The notes: generated from the sequence alone by a model not told the origin. A stretch of 64,000 nt of DNA from Candidatus Omnitrophota bacterium (GCA_028718245.1 JAQUME010000001.1:8390-72389); one strand, 5' to 3'. Positions 51,157-60,999 are shown, numbered from the stretch's first letter. Program-made: numbers and translations.

Positions 51157-52918
51157 AAAACAGGCGTTTTCACTATTTTTATCCCTGGTGTTATTTTTCT
51201 CAGCCGGCACCTCTCTTGCCCAAAGCACCGATGAACTGGAATTCAATATAGATGCAAGTTCTCCGGGCATCCCCCTTCCCAGAATATATAAACCAAGCAT
51301 TGACTTAAGCGGCAGGGGGGCGCATCGCGATCTGACCTGGCCCCAAACATTGGCCGCCAAAGGTATCCTGGAAACCTGGCAGGCTGACCTGGGTTTTGCC
51401 AATTTCTACCGCTTGCAATATAATCTTTGGGAGGTCGAGCAGCTCGCCAAGGATAAGGCTGCCAGGGATAAGCTTTTAGATAACTACGAAAGCGTGATCA
51501 AGCAGATAAGCGATTCCGGCGGGGTAATTATCCTTAATCTTTTCGGCACTCCTTCGGGACTGGGCAAGGTTCTTGATAAGAACAGCGCCGTGCACAATCT
51601 AAAAAAATATAAACAACTGGTCAAGGATACTATCCGTCGGCTAAGCTGCGAGAAGAAATATAATATCTGGTATGAGCTCTGGAATGCCCCGGACCTAGAG
51701 GATTTCTATTTAGGGGAAAGGTCGGAGTATCTTAATCTTTACCGCATTGTCGCAGAAGCGGTAAAGGAGCTGCGCCAGGAAGCTAAGATGCATATACCCT
51801 TAGGAGGACCGGCGACAAGCTCCTGGTTTGCCAATATCCAGCCCAACGATATCCTTACCCCCGAACGCAGTTTGATCTATGAACTGATAAAATACTGCTA
51901 TAGTTATAAATTGCCGCTGGATTTTATATCGTGGCATGCCTATTCTTCAGACCCGGCTCTCGAGAAACAGCTAAGTATTTATAAAAAACCATTTATTAAG
52001 CTGATCCGCGAATGGCTAAGCTATTTTCATTTTGAAAGCAGCATGCCCCTGATCATCGACGAATGGAACTTTGATGCCGCCGCCAATATTTCCTCTAAAA
52101 GAGGCAGGGAGGCCTATGTTACCGCCAGCTTCATACCCGCCCGCCTTAAGAATATGCAGGAAGCAGGGCTTGACTACCAGACATATTTCTGCCTTGAGGA
52201 TTTTGGAGGTAATAAAGAAGGGGTGAACAGGAACCTGGGGGTTTTTTCCTTTGATGGCCAGGAGCGCTCCGATTACAAGGTCTATGCCAAGGCCGGATAC
52301 AATACCTTCCGCATGCTCAATCTTCTGGGCAATGAATTATTGCCCAGCCCACCGGCGGATGAATTTGCCGGGATCATCCCCACAAGGAGCCAGGATTACC
52401 TGGCAGTGCTCATTTTTAATTATATTGACCCGCAGGCGGCAATGAATTATTTGTCGCGCTCTATAGTTGAGCTGAACAGCGCGGAGAGAAAATACATCAT
52501 CAACATCATTAAATCCGACCGGATAGAAAAGATCCTTTCCGGCCAACTGGATTTATCCACTTTGCGGCTGCCGGCTAAAGCCAGGAACATGCTTAAGAGC
52601 GCCATAGAGCTTAATAACCTGGCCGGTAAATTTTCGGCGGCTAACCGGAAGATCAAAGTCTCCTTTAAAGGGGCAAAAGATGTTTACATGTTCAGCCGCT
52701 ACATCGTGGATAGCAGTTGCAGCCGCGATTGCGCGTTTAAGGCTTCTGATGAAAAAGAGATCGATCTTGGACAGGGATACAGCGAAATAATAGAGATGTC
52801 CCCATATTCGGTGCAGCTGTTGGTTTTTAAGAAAAAACCTCTGCCTCCAGTCGAGGAAAAACCCGCGGCCAGCTCCTCCGTTGAGGAACCGGTTAAAAAT
52901 GCAGAAAGCAAGCCATAA
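51149..52918 (+). CDS. Secreted glycoside-hydrolase-like protein (clan GH-A TIM-barrel suggested)
   Basis: A signal peptide MNKKQAFSLFLSLVLFFSAGTSLA is present. IWYELWNAPDL resembles the acid/base strand WNEP with E replaced by A. LIIDEWNFD resembles the nucleophile strand. Confidence 0.4.
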   Translation: MNKKQAFSLFLSLVLFFSAGTSLAQSTDELEFNIDASSPGIPLPRIYKPSIDLSGRGAHRDLTWPQTLAAKGILETWQADLGFANFYRLQYNLWEVEQLAKDKAARDKLLDNYESVIKQISDSGGVIILNLFGTPSGLGKVLDKNSAVHNLKKYKQLVKDTIRRLSCEKKYNIWYELWNAPDLEDFYLGERSEYLNLYRIVAEAVKELRQEAKMHIPLGGPATSSWFANIQPNDILTPERSLIYELIKYCYSYKLPLDFISWHAYSSDPALEKQLSIYKKPFIKLIREWLSYFHFESSMPLIIDEWNFDAAANISSKRGREAYVTASFIPARLKNMQEAGLDYQTYFCLEDFGGNKEGVNRNLGVFSFDGQERSDYKVYAKAGYNTFRMLNLLGNELLPSPPADEFAGIIPTRSQDYLAVLIFNYIDPQAAMNYLSRSIVELNSAERKYIINIIKSDRIEKILSGQLDLSTLRLPAKARNMLKSAIELNNLAGKFSAANRKIKVSFKGAKDVYMFSRYIVDSSCSRDCAFKASDEKEIDLGQGYSEIIEMSPYSVQLLVFKKKPLPPVEEKPAASSSVEEPVKNAESKP

Positions 52919-54125
52919 GCATATTTATACCGTTTCCGAGATCACTCAGGTGATCAAAGGCCTGCTTGAGCAAAATGTCGGAGAGGTTTGGATTGAAGGA
53001 GAGATCTCCAATTTTAAAGCCGCATCCAGCGGCCACTTTTATTTTTCGCTTAAGGACCAGGGGGCGCTGATCCTGGCGGCGATGTTTGCTTACGCCAACA
53101 AAGGCTTGAAATTCAAAATTGAAGACGGCCTGAAGGTTATTTGTTTCGGTAAAATAGATGTTTACGGCCCGCGCGGCCAGTATCAGATCATAGTTGATAG
53201 AATAGAGCCTAAGGGGATAGGCAGCCGGCAGCTGGCTTTTGAGCAGCTGAAGAAAAAATTAGCGCAGGAAGGCTTGTTTGACCCCGGGCATAAAAAAGCG
53301 CTGCCGCTTATGCCTTTTTCCGTCGGGATCGTTACCTCCGCCAAGGGCGCGGCAGTGCGCGATATCCTGCATATCCTTAAAAAAGGCGCTTCTTTCGTGG
53401 ATGTGCTGATCCGTCCGGTGCGCGTGCAGGGGGAACTGGCTGCTTCCGAGATCGCCGCGGCGGTAGAGGAACTGAATCATTTCGGCAAATCTGACCTGAT
53501 CATTGTCAGCCGGGGAGGGGGCTCAACCGAAGACCTGTGGGCCTTTAACGAAGAGATCGTTGCTCGGGCAATTTATAATTCAGGCCTGCCGGTTATTTCT
53601 GCGGTGGGGCATCAGATCAACACCACTATCGCCGACCTAGTGGCAGATGTTTTCGTAGAGACGCCGACTGCCGCCGCCAAGATCATCGTAGATAAAAAGA
53701 ATTTCCTTATTTCCGAGCTTGCCGGCGCCCGGCATGAGATGGACTTCTCGGTCACGGATCTGATCGGCGGTTTACAAAATCGGCTCACCGGATTTACCCA
53801 TATGCTTAAGAGCCCGGAGGACCGATTACTGGAAAAACAACAATTTTTGGATGAGCTATCCTCCGGGCTGAATTATAATATGCGGCATTGCCTGGAGCTG
53901 GCAAAGGAGCGCTCGAGGGCGCTGATCGACAGGCTGGGGGCATTGAGCCCATTATCCATATTATCGCGCGGATACAGCTTAAGCATGCTTATGCCGCAAG
54001 GCGCGATTGTCAAAGAGGCCGGGCAACTTAAAGCCGGCGACAGGTTAAAAACCGTTCTACATAAAGGGGCGTTCATAAGTTTGGTGCAGGAGGTCATGAA
54101 TGATGAAAGAGAAAGCGGTGTTTGA
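52881..54125 (+). CDS. xseA: Exodeoxyribonuclease VII large subunit
   Basis: The protein has an OB-fold N-terminus and an ExoVII_large domain. The start may be 6 codons later, at 52899. Confidence 0.9.
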   Translation: MRNRLKMQKASHKHIYTVSEITQVIKGLLEQNVGEVWIEGEISNFKAASSGHFYFSLKDQGALILAAMFAYANKGLKFKIEDGLKVICFGKIDVYGPRGQYQIIVDRIEPKGIGSRQLAFEQLKKKLAQEGLFDPGHKKALPLMPFSVGIVTSAKGAAVRDILHILKKGASFVDVLIRPVRVQGELAASEIAAAVEELNHFGKSDLIIVSRGGGSTEDLWAFNEEIVARAIYNSGLPVISAVGHQINTTIADLVADVFVETPTAAAKIIVDKKNFLISELAGARHEMDFSVTDLIGGLQNRLTGFTHMLKSPEDRLLEKQQFLDELSSGLNYNMRHCLELAKERSRALIDRLGALSPLSILSRGYSLSMLMPQGAIVKEAGQLKAGDRLKTVLHKGAFISLVQEVMNDERESGV

Positions 54126-54345
54126 AGAGGATCTGAAAAAACTGCAGAAGATCGTGGAAGAGCTTTCCAGCGGGAAGATCACATTGGGGGAATCACTTAA
54201 AAAATACGAAGAAGGGGTAAGGTTGGCTAAATCCTGCTCCGGGGTTTTAGCCGAAGCCCAGCGCAAAGTAGAGCTGCTCATGAAAAAAGACGGCAAATTT
54301 GAGACGGGAAAGTTCGACGATTCGGGAGAAGAGGAAGATAAATAG
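54100..54345 (+). CDS. xseB: Exodeoxyribonuclease VII small subunit
   Basis: The 81-aa helical protein directly follows and overlaps xseA. Confidence 0.85.
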   Translation: MMKEKAVFEEDLKKLQKIVEELSSGKITLGESLKKYEEGVRLAKSCSGVLAEAQRKVELLMKKDGKFETGKFDDSGEEEDK

Positions 54346-54347
54346 GG

Positions 54348-56213
54348 ATGATATTAGAGAAAATAAATTCCCCGCAGGAGCTCAAAACATTAAGCCTGGA
54401 TGAGCTTAATCGTTTAGCCAGGGAGATAAGGCAAAGGTTGATCGAAGTGGTTTCCAAGAACGGCGGCCACCTGGCTTCAAGCTTGGGAGCGGTGGAGTTG
54501 ATCATCGCCTTGCATTATTGCCTGAACACCCCTAAAGATAAGATCATTTTTGATGTGGGGCATCAGGCCTACGCCCACAAAATATTGACCGGACGCAATC
54601 TTCAGTTTTCGACACTAAGGCAGTATGGCGGTTTGAGCGGATTCCCTTCCAGGGATGAATCGGTTTACGACCCTTTTACTACCGGCCATAGTTCAAACGC
54701 GGTATCCCTGGGACTGGGTCTTGCCTGCGCCAGGGACCTTTTACCTGAAAAGGAGAGGTTTAAGGTTGTCTGCGTGATCGGGGATGGTTCCTTAAGCGGC
54801 GGGCTTTGCTTTGAGGGCCTGAATAATGCCGGCCACCTGAAAAAGGATATTTTGGTGGTTTTAAATACCAATGAGTTGAGCATCTCCCCTAACGTGGGGG
54901 CGATCAGCAATTACCTGAATAAGATCATCTCCCTGCCGGTATATAACCGCGTTCATGATAACCTGGTGAATTTCTTAAAAACCCGGCTGGGGGAGGAAGG
55001 CCGCCTGATAAAGCTTATGAACAGGTTTGAAGAGGGTTTAAAAGGCCTGTTTATCCCCGGGATGTTCTTTGAAGAGATGGGATTCCGCTATTTCGGGCCC
55101 ATTGACGGGCATGACCTGAATAAGCTGACATCTACATTAAAAAATATCACGAGTTTTAAAGGCCCCCGGTTATTGCATGTAGTCACCAAAAAAGGAAAGG
55201 GCTGTTGTTTTGCCGAGGAGGATCCGGTAAGGTTCCACGGCATAAGCTGTTTTGATATAAACACCGGCGAGGTATTGGATAAGAAACCCTCAGGGGGAGG
55301 AAGAAGCTACACGGAGGTATTCGGCGATAAATTAGTCTCTCTGGCCGGCGCGGATCCGAAGATCGTCGCAATAACGGCGGCAATGCCCGAGGGAACGGGG
55401 CTGGATAAATTCCGCGATAATTTTCCGGAGAGATTTTTTGATGTGGGTATTGCCGAGGCTCACGCGGTTTGCTTTGCGGCGGGCTTGGCCAAGCAGGGGT
55501 TTAAACCAGTAGTTGCCGTTTATTCCACATTTTTGCAGCGCGCATATGACCAGATCATCCAGGAGGTTTCCCTGCAAGGACTTCCGGTAATATTCGCTAT
55601 TGACCGGGCAGGAATTGTGGGGGAAGATGGGGTTACGCATCAGGGGATATTTGATATCGCTTATCTTAAAAGCATCCCGGATCTGGTGATCATGGCGCCT
55701 AAGGATGGGGCGGAGTTGGAGGATATGTTGGAGTTTGCTTTACGGCTGGGAAAGCCGGCAGCAATAAGGTATCCTCGTGCAAGCGCGCCTTTATCCGTTA
55801 AAACAGGCGCGCCTTTAGAATTAGGAAAGGCTGAACTGATCCGGGAGGGCAGCGATTTTACGATCATCGCTTTAGGAAGCATGGTTTCGGCTGCCTCGGA
55901 GGCCGTTGACCTATTGAGCAAAGAAAACATCTCCGGGGCCCTGATCAATGCCAGATTCGCGCACCCATTGGATATGGATTTAATTAAAGAGGTTTGCGCG
56001 AAGACAAAGTTTGTTTTTACGGTGGAAGAGGGGATTAGGGATGGAGGATTCGGCGCTAGCGTTGCCCAGGAGTTAGGCAGGCGGGTTAGGCGTATCGGCC
56101 TGCCTCTTGAGTTTATCCCGCACGGCTCAAGGGCACTCCTTCTTGAAAAATACGGGTTAACCGCGCCAGGGATTGCCGCAGAGCTCCTCCGGCAAATAAA
56201 AAACAATGGCTAA
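54348..56213 (+). CDS. dxs: 1-deoxy-D-xylulose-5-phosphate synthase
   Basis: The 621-aa product has GGHLASSLG, a TPP-binding GDG motif, and transketolase-like domains. Confidence 0.95.
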   Translation: MILEKINSPQELKTLSLDELNRLAREIRQRLIEVVSKNGGHLASSLGAVELIIALHYCLNTPKDKIIFDVGHQAYAHKILTGRNLQFSTLRQYGGLSGFPSRDESVYDPFTTGHSSNAVSLGLGLACARDLLPEKERFKVVCVIGDGSLSGGLCFEGLNNAGHLKKDILVVLNTNELSISPNVGAISNYLNKIISLPVYNRVHDNLVNFLKTRLGEEGRLIKLMNRFEEGLKGLFIPGMFFEEMGFRYFGPIDGHDLNKLTSTLKNITSFKGPRLLHVVTKKGKGCCFAEEDPVRFHGISCFDINTGEVLDKKPSGGGRSYTEVFGDKLVSLAGADPKIVAITAAMPEGTGLDKFRDNFPERFFDVGIAEAHAVCFAAGLAKQGFKPVVAVYSTFLQRAYDQIIQEVSLQGLPVIFAIDRAGIVGEDGVTHQGIFDIAYLKSIPDLVIMAPKDGAELEDMLEFALRLGKPAAIRYPRASAPLSVKTGAPLELGKAELIREGSDFTIIALGSMVSAASEAVDLLSKENISGALINARFAHPLDMDLIKEVCAKTKFVFTVEEGIRDGGFGASVAQELGRRVRRIGLPLEFIPHGSRALLLEKYGLTAPGIAAELLRQIKNNG

Positions 56214-56409
56214 GATCATAATCAATCAGGATAAGTGCAAGGGCTGTCTTCTCTGCGTGAGTTTCTGCCCTAAAGGCCTGATCAAAAAAAGCGGTAAATT
56301 AAATAAGCGGGGTTTGAGTTACGTAGAATTTGACAGCCGCGGAAAATGCATAGGATGCGGGCAATGCGCGGTGATCTGCCCGGATTGCTGCATCGAAATA
56401 TACAAATAA
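56206..56409 (+). CDS. 2x[4Fe-4S] ferredoxin (delta subunit of 2-oxoacid:ferredoxin oxidoreductase)
   Basis: The 67-aa product has two CxxCxxCxxxCP motifs. Confidence 0.7.
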   Translation: MAKIIINQDKCKGCLLCVSFCPKGLIKKSGKLNKRGLSYVEFDSRGKCIGCGQCAVICPDCCIEIYK

Positions 56410-56465
56410 GCGTAGCGGCAGGAACTGTCCCCGAATGGGGACTGTCCCTGCTAAGCGAGGTAAGT

Positions 56466-57545
56466 ATGGCACGGGAGAAACACCAAAAAAAGCTCAAGAA
56501 GATCCTCATTACCGGTAACGAGGCTATTGCCGAGGGCGCACTTTCAGCAGGCTGTGATTTTTATGCCGGCTATCCGATCACCCCTCAAAACGAGCTCATT
56601 GCTTATATGGCTAAGTATATGCCCGAGAGCGGCAGGGTATTTATCCAGGCGGAATCGGAATTAGCGGCGATCAATATGGTTTATGGGGCAAGCGCTGCGG
56701 GTGCCAGGGCAATGACCTCATCTTCCAGCCCGGGGATAAGTTTAAAACAGGAGGGGATATCTTATATAGCGGGTGCCGAGCTTCCGGCGGTGATCGTCAA
56801 TATTATGCGCGGCGGCCCGGGATTGGGGAATATTGCCCCGGCGCAATCAGATTACTTTCAGGCCACCCGCGGCGGCGGGCACGGAGATTATCATACGATA
56901 GTTTTGGCTCCGGCTTATGTCCAGGAGGCATATGACCTGGCGCGGACAAGCTTTGACCTGGCGGACAAATATCGCATGCCGGTTATGATACTTGGGGACG
57001 GGTTTTTAGGCCAGATGATGGAGCCGATACTTGTTAGGCGCCGGTCTCCAGCCACAAAGGGCCATAATAAAGAAAAGCCCTGGGCGCTTACCGGATGCGA
57101 AGGAAGAAGGCCAAATATTATTAAATCATTTGCCCTGGCTGAAGGCGCTTTAGAACAGCTCAACCTTAAGCTGCAGCAAAAATATAAGGTTATTAAAAAT
57201 AAAGAAGCACGATTTGAGGGTTTATTTTTGGATGACGCTAAAATTGTTCTGGTAGCTTATGGGACAATGGCGCGCATCGCTAAAAGCAGCCTCACCCGCT
57301 TGAGGCTTGCGGGAGAGAGAGTGGGGATGATCCGGCCGATCAGCCTCTGGCCATTTCCGCAAAAAGCCTTTTGCCCCCGGAGTAAAAAAATTAAATATTT
57401 GGTAATTGAGATGTCCTATGGCCAGATGCTTGAAGATGTTCAGCTGGCCCTTAACGGCAAAGCGCAGGTAGAGTTTCTCGGCCGTTCAGGCGGAGGCCTG
57501 CCCAGCGAAGAAGAGATCATTAACAAGGTAAAGAAAATATTATAA
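56466..57545 (+). CDS. 2-oxoacid:ferredoxin oxidoreductase alpha subunit
   Basis: The start was placed at [25 protein letters not shown], preceded by GAGGTAAG. It is PorA/KorA-like. Confidence 0.8.
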   Translation: MAREKHQKKLKKILITGNEAIAEGALSAGCDFYAGYPITPQNELIAYMAKYMPESGRVFIQAESELAAINMVYGASAAGARAMTSSSSPGISLKQEGISYIAGAELPAVIVNIMRGGPGLGNIAPAQSDYFQATRGGGHGDYHTIVLAPAYVQEAYDLARTSFDLADKYRMPVMILGDGFLGQMMEPILVRRRSPATKGHNKEKPWALTGCEGRRPNIIKSFALAEGALEQLNLKLQQKYKVIKNKEARFEGLFLDDAKIVLVAYGTMARIAKSSLTRLRLAGERVGMIRPISLWPFPQKAFCPRSKKIKYLVIEMSYGQMLEDVQLALNGKAQVEFLGRSGGGLPSEEEIINKVKKIL

Positions 57546-58273
57546 TGGAAAAAATATTTTTTCCTCCGGAATCGCTATATGATGTGCCTACGCATTACTG
57601 CCCGGGCTGCGGCCACGGCATTGCCCACCGCCTGGTTGCCGAGATAATCGACCAGCTGGGGATAAGAGAGAAAACTATCGGCATAGCTCCGGTAGGCTGC
57701 GCGGTAATCGCCTATGATTACTGGAAGTTTGACTGTTCGGAGGCTGCGCATGGCCGGGCTTTAGCCGTAGCCACCGCCATAAAAAGGGTGCGTCCGCAAA
57801 ATATTGTTTTTACTTATCAGGGTGACGGAGACCTGGCTGCCATAGGTACAAACGAAACTATCCACGCGGCTAACCGGGGGGAAAACCTGACGGTTATTTT
57901 TATCAATAATGCGGTATACGGAATGACCGGAGGCCAAATGGCGCCCACTACGCTTTTAGGCCAAAAGACATCCACCACCCTTGACGGAAGAGACCGGCAA
58001 AAACACGGCTATCCCCTAAAAATATCCGAGATGCTGGCGTTACTGCCCGGAGTGCATTATATTGAAAGGGTATCTTTGCATAGCCCGCAGGAGGTACTGA
58101 AGGCCAAGTCCGCCATCAGGCAGGCATTTGAGAACCAGATAAACAACGCGGGGTTTTCGCTGGTGGAGATACTTTCTCCCTGCCCGACCTGCTGGGGATT
58201 AAGCCCGAAAGAATCCCTGGATTGGATCCGGGATCACATGCAGAAGGAATTCCCTCTGGGAAGGATCAAATGA
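57545..58273 (+). CDS. 2-oxoacid:ferredoxin oxidoreductase beta subunit (TPP-binding)
   Basis: The protein carries [12 protein letters not shown] and a TPP motif. Confidence 0.85.
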   Translation: MEKIFFPPESLYDVPTHYCPGCGHGIAHRLVAEIIDQLGIREKTIGIAPVGCAVIAYDYWKFDCSEAAHGRALAVATAIKRVRPQNIVFTYQGDGDLAAIGTNETIHAANRGENLTVIFINNAVYGMTGGQMAPTTLLGQKTSTTLDGRDRQKHGYPLKISEMLALLPGVHYIERVSLHSPQEVLKAKSAIRQAFENQINNAGFSLVEILSPCPTCWGLSPKESLDWIRDHMQKEFPLGRIK

Positions 58274-58806
58274 CCGAACGCATAATTATTGCCGGCAGCG
58301 GAGGACAGGGGGTAATGCTTTTGGGCAAGGTTTTGGCCCAGGCAGCCATGGAGGAAGGTAAATGCGTTACCTGGCTTCCTGCCTACGGGCCGGAGGTCCG
58401 CGGCGGGACCAGCCATTGTATGGTCACAATCTCCGATCAGGAGATCGGCTCACCTTATATAAACAAAGCAGATACGCTGATAATTTTGAACAACCCTTCA
58501 TTAAAAAGATTTGGCACCAGGCTTAAGGACAAGGGGTTATTGGTCTCGAATTCTTCTTTAGCTAAAGCCGGGCCCGATAAAAGGATTAAGATATTACAGT
58601 TCCCTTTTACCGATATCGCCGTAGAATTAGGCAACATAAAAGTTGCCAACATGGTGGCATTAGGCTGTTATTTGAGGGAGAAGGAGATCATCAAGATCAA
58701 GAAAATGCTTGAGGTCTTCAGATTTATGTCTCCTGCCGGGAGAAATGATATTTTAGAGGTCAATGAAAGGGCTTTGCAGGAAGGAGCGCAATTAATCGAT
58801 GGTTAG
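58270..58806 (+). CDS. 2-oxoacid:ferredoxin oxidoreductase gamma subunit
   Basis: The start is at [15 protein letters not shown], in an ATGA overlap with the beta subunit. Confidence 0.8.
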   Translation: MTERIIIAGSGGQGVMLLGKVLAQAAMEEGKCVTWLPAYGPEVRGGTSHCMVTISDQEIGSPYINKADTLIILNNPSLKRFGTRLKDKGLLVSNSSLAKAGPDKRIKILQFPFTDIAVELGNIKVANMVALGCYLREKEIIKIKKMLEVFRFMSPAGRNDILEVNERALQEGAQLIDG

Positions 58807-60091
58807 GGTCAGGTTCGCGCCCAGTCCGACGGGGAATCTGCATATTGGGGGAGGCCGCACGGCGCTCTTCAACTGGCTTTTTGCGCAGTCGCAGAAGGGC
58901 AAGTTTATCCTGCGCATCGAAGATACGGATAAGGAGCGCTCCAAAAAAGAATTTGTGGATGAGATACTTTTTAGCCTTAAGTGGCTCGGGTTTAACTGGG
59001 ATGAGCTTTATTATCAGAGCCGGCGTTTTGACAGGTACCGGATGCATGCGGATAAGCTGCTTAAGGCAGGTTTGGCCTATATTGAAAAATCTCCCGAAGG
59101 GAAAGAAGCAATAATTTTTAAGGTTAACCCGCAGAAGATCAAGGTGGATGATCTGATCCGCGGCCAGATCGAGTTTGACGCCAGCCTGATCAAGCCCCAG
59201 GTATTGATCAAGTCCGACGGCAGCCCTACTTATAATTTCGCCTGCGTGGTTGATGACGCGGAGATGAATATCACGCATATTATCCGCGGGGATGACCATA
59301 TATCCAACACTCCGAAGCAGGCCTTATTGTACCAGGCATTGGGCTTTGAGCTTCCGCAATTTGCGCACCTTCCCCTGATCATGGGCATGGATGGCGGCAG
59401 GCTTTCCAAGCGCACTGGTGCCACCGCTATTAGTGATTACCGCAAAATGGGATATTTGCCGGAAGCCCTGGTCAATTACCTTTTATTGCTCAGCTGGTCT
59501 CCGGGAAATAACCGCGAGCTTGTCAGCATAAAAGAAGCTGTCGGGTTATTTGATATCAAAAACGTCAACAGGACAGCAGCTGCCTTTGACCTGAAGAAGC
59601 TGGACTGGATCAACAACCAATACCTTAAAAGCGCTGATCCGGAAAAACTGGCGGATGAGCTTATCCCGCTATTGATCGAACGGAACTATATAAACAAGGA
59701 TAATTTTGACCGCGGCTACCTGATTACCCTGGTGAAATTATTCCAGGCGCGGCTGCCGCGCTTAAATGATTTTGCAGATTGGGCGGATTTCTTCTTTCTT
59801 GATGAGCCGGTAATGGATGAAGCGGCCAAAGAAAAATATTTATCCCAGGATCTGTCAAAAGAATTCAAGCTTTTTAGCCAGCGGCTGAATGATCTGGCCA
59901 ACTTTGATATTGTGAATATCGAGGCCAGTTTCCGGGAGTTGGTGGCAGAACTTGGTATTGAGGCCAAGAAATTGATCCATCCCATCCGCGTGGCGCTTAC
60001 CGGAAAGACCATCGGCCCGGGGTTGTTTGAGGTGATCTATTATCTGGGAAAAGAGAGAAGCTCCAAGAGGTTATTGAAATGGATAAAGTAA
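58799..60091 (+). CDS. gltX: Glutamyl-tRNA synthetase
   Basis: The protein carries the HIGG motif (PSPTGNLHIGGGRTAL) and KMSKS-like LSKR. It is 430 aa. Confidence 0.9.
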   Translation: MVRVRFAPSPTGNLHIGGGRTALFNWLFAQSQKGKFILRIEDTDKERSKKEFVDEILFSLKWLGFNWDELYYQSRRFDRYRMHADKLLKAGLAYIEKSPEGKEAIIFKVNPQKIKVDDLIRGQIEFDASLIKPQVLIKSDGSPTYNFACVVDDAEMNITHIIRGDDHISNTPKQALLYQALGFELPQFAHLPLIMGMDGGRLSKRTGATAISDYRKMGYLPEALVNYLLLLSWSPGNNRELVSIKEAVGLFDIKNVNRTAAAFDLKKLDWINNQYLKSADPEKLADELIPLLIERNYINKDNFDRGYLITLVKLFQARLPRLNDFADWADFFFLDEPVMDEAAKEKYLSQDLSKEFKLFSQRLNDLANFDIVNIEASFRELVAELGIEAKKLIHPIRVALTGKTIGPGLFEVIYYLGKERSSKRLLKWIK

Positions 60092-60175
60092 AGGGAACGA
60101 GCAATATCGGTAGCTGAAAATATTTTTTCCTTCCCTTGAAATAGGCAGCGGATTTGTGTTATATTTAAGTAGTGA

Positions 60176-60266
60176 GGTTGGTGAAAGGCAAGGGGTAAAC
60201 TACCAGCGGGCAGGCAATGCCCAGGAGTTAAAACCAACAAAATTTCCCCTTGCCTTTTTTCTTTAT
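60176..60266 (+). terminator. Long-loop terminator-like structure after gltX with competing/pseudoknot pairing
   Basis: GGCAAGGGG (60187-95) pairs with CCCCTTGCC (60246-54), followed by T6. An inner hairpin GGGCA-GGCAA-TGCCC lies at 60208-22. GGTTGG (60176-81) can pair with ACCAAC (60233-38), which lies inside the loop. Confidence 0.35.
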
Positions 60267-60315
60267 TAATAATAAAATAGCTGTAAAGTATTGAATCGCA
60301 CTAAAGGAGGGGGTA

Positions 60316-60513
60316 ATGATCAAAAAGTCATTCTTACTGGTTATCCTTTTTGCCTTTGTTTCTTTGTCCGGCTGCTGTACCGTGGCCAAAGGAACGGCCG
60401 GCACCGCTGTCGGAGCTGCCGGAGGCTTTGCCCAGGGGGTAAAAGAAGGGGCCAAGGACGACTATAACGCGATCCAGAAGGCTGATGCCTGGGTGAAAGA
60501 AAATCTCTGGTAG
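60316..60513 (+). CDS. Small lipoprotein (Gly/Ala-rich, entericidin-like size)
   Basis: The product MIKKSFLLVILFAFVSLSGC has a lipobox. The mature peptide of about 45 aa is rich in G/A/K. A Shine-Dalgarno AAAGGAGGGGG precedes it. Confidence 0.5.
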   Translation: MIKKSFLLVILFAFVSLSGCCTVAKGTAGTAVGAAGGFAQGVKEGAKDDYNAIQKADAWVKENLW

Positions 60514-60560
60514 CCTCCCATAAATAAATTAATAATTTGGTAGTGGAGTAGCGATACTAA

Positions 60561-60581
60561 GCCGGGTTTATCCCGGCTTTT
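60561..60581 (+). terminator. Rho-independent terminator of the lipoprotein gene
   Basis: The hairpin GCCGGG-TTTAT-CCCGGC is followed by TTTT. Confidence 0.6.
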
Positions 60582-60591
60582 CACAATCATC

Positions 60592-60607
60592 TGCCCTGTC
60601 GTCTAAT
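60592..60607 (+). repeat. Direct repeat of the first 16-17 nt of tRNA-Gln (decayed tRNA fragment)
   Basis: ctgccctgtcgtctaat at 60591-60607 is identical to 60685-60701. The downstream sequence does not fold as a tRNA. A GC hairpin CCCGCC-N8-GGCGGG lies at 60639-60658. Confidence 0.5.
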
Positions 60608-60685
60608 TTGAGCACCTTGGTTTTTAGTTTAGCGAAATCCCGCCGGTTTTTAGGCGGGAGGTAGGCACTGCTTTAAGAGATTTAC

Positions 60686-60756
60686 TGCCCTGTCGTCTAA
60701 TGGTAGGACACAAGATTCTGGATCTTGTTATCATGGTTCGAGTCCATGCGGGGCAA
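60686..60756 (+). tRNA. tRNA-Gln (anticodon CTG)
   Basis: Acceptor TGCCCTG/CGGGGCA with U1:A72, D-stem GTCT/GGAC, anticodon stem CAAGA/TCTTG, loop TTCTGGA, T-arm CATGG-TTCGAGT-CCATG. Confidence 0.8.
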
Positions 60757-60768
60757 TAAAGATTATAA

Positions 60769-60812
60769 CCGAGAATTTTGACGTTTTCCGTCGAGATTCT
60801 CGGCTTTTTATT
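60769..60812 (+). terminator. Rho-independent terminator after tRNA-Gln
   Basis: CCGAGAATTTTGACG-TTTTC-CGTCGAGATTCTCGG is an imperfect 15-bp stem. It is followed by CTTTTTATT. Confidence 0.75.
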
Positions 60813-60900
60813 CAAAGGATGACCCCCTGGTAGGCGAAAGCCAGAACCCCATATATAGTTTATAATGTTATTGGGTGGTTTAACTAAAAAAGGAGGGGCG

Positions 60901-60999
60901 ATGGCCAGGAAAGGAAGATTAATAGATTGCGATGATAGAATTACTTTTGTGGAGCCATGGGAATTAATTGAACCTACTAATCCAGCGCTTAAAAGATAG
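60901..60999 (+). CDS. Possible 32-aa small ORF with strong Shine-Dalgarno sequence
   Basis: AAAAAGGAGGGGCG is followed by ATG. The product is MARKGRLIDCDDRITFVEPWELIEPTNPALKR. It is too short to assess. Confidence 0.2.
   Translation: MARKGRLIDCDDRITFVEPWELIEPTNPALKR

Noticed and set aside
55661-56206. 181-aa minus-strand ORF inside dxs, and a 188-aa ORF (34612-35178) inside trkH
   Set aside because: Both lie antisense to strongly supported genes and have no motifs. High-GC third-position bias commonly produces such open shadow frames.
60592-60685. First tRNA-Gln-like copy as a functional tRNA
   Set aside because: Only the first about 17 nt match. The remainder cannot form D, anticodon or T arms, and no matching 3' acceptor strand exists. 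It was therefore called a repeat or fragment, not a gene.
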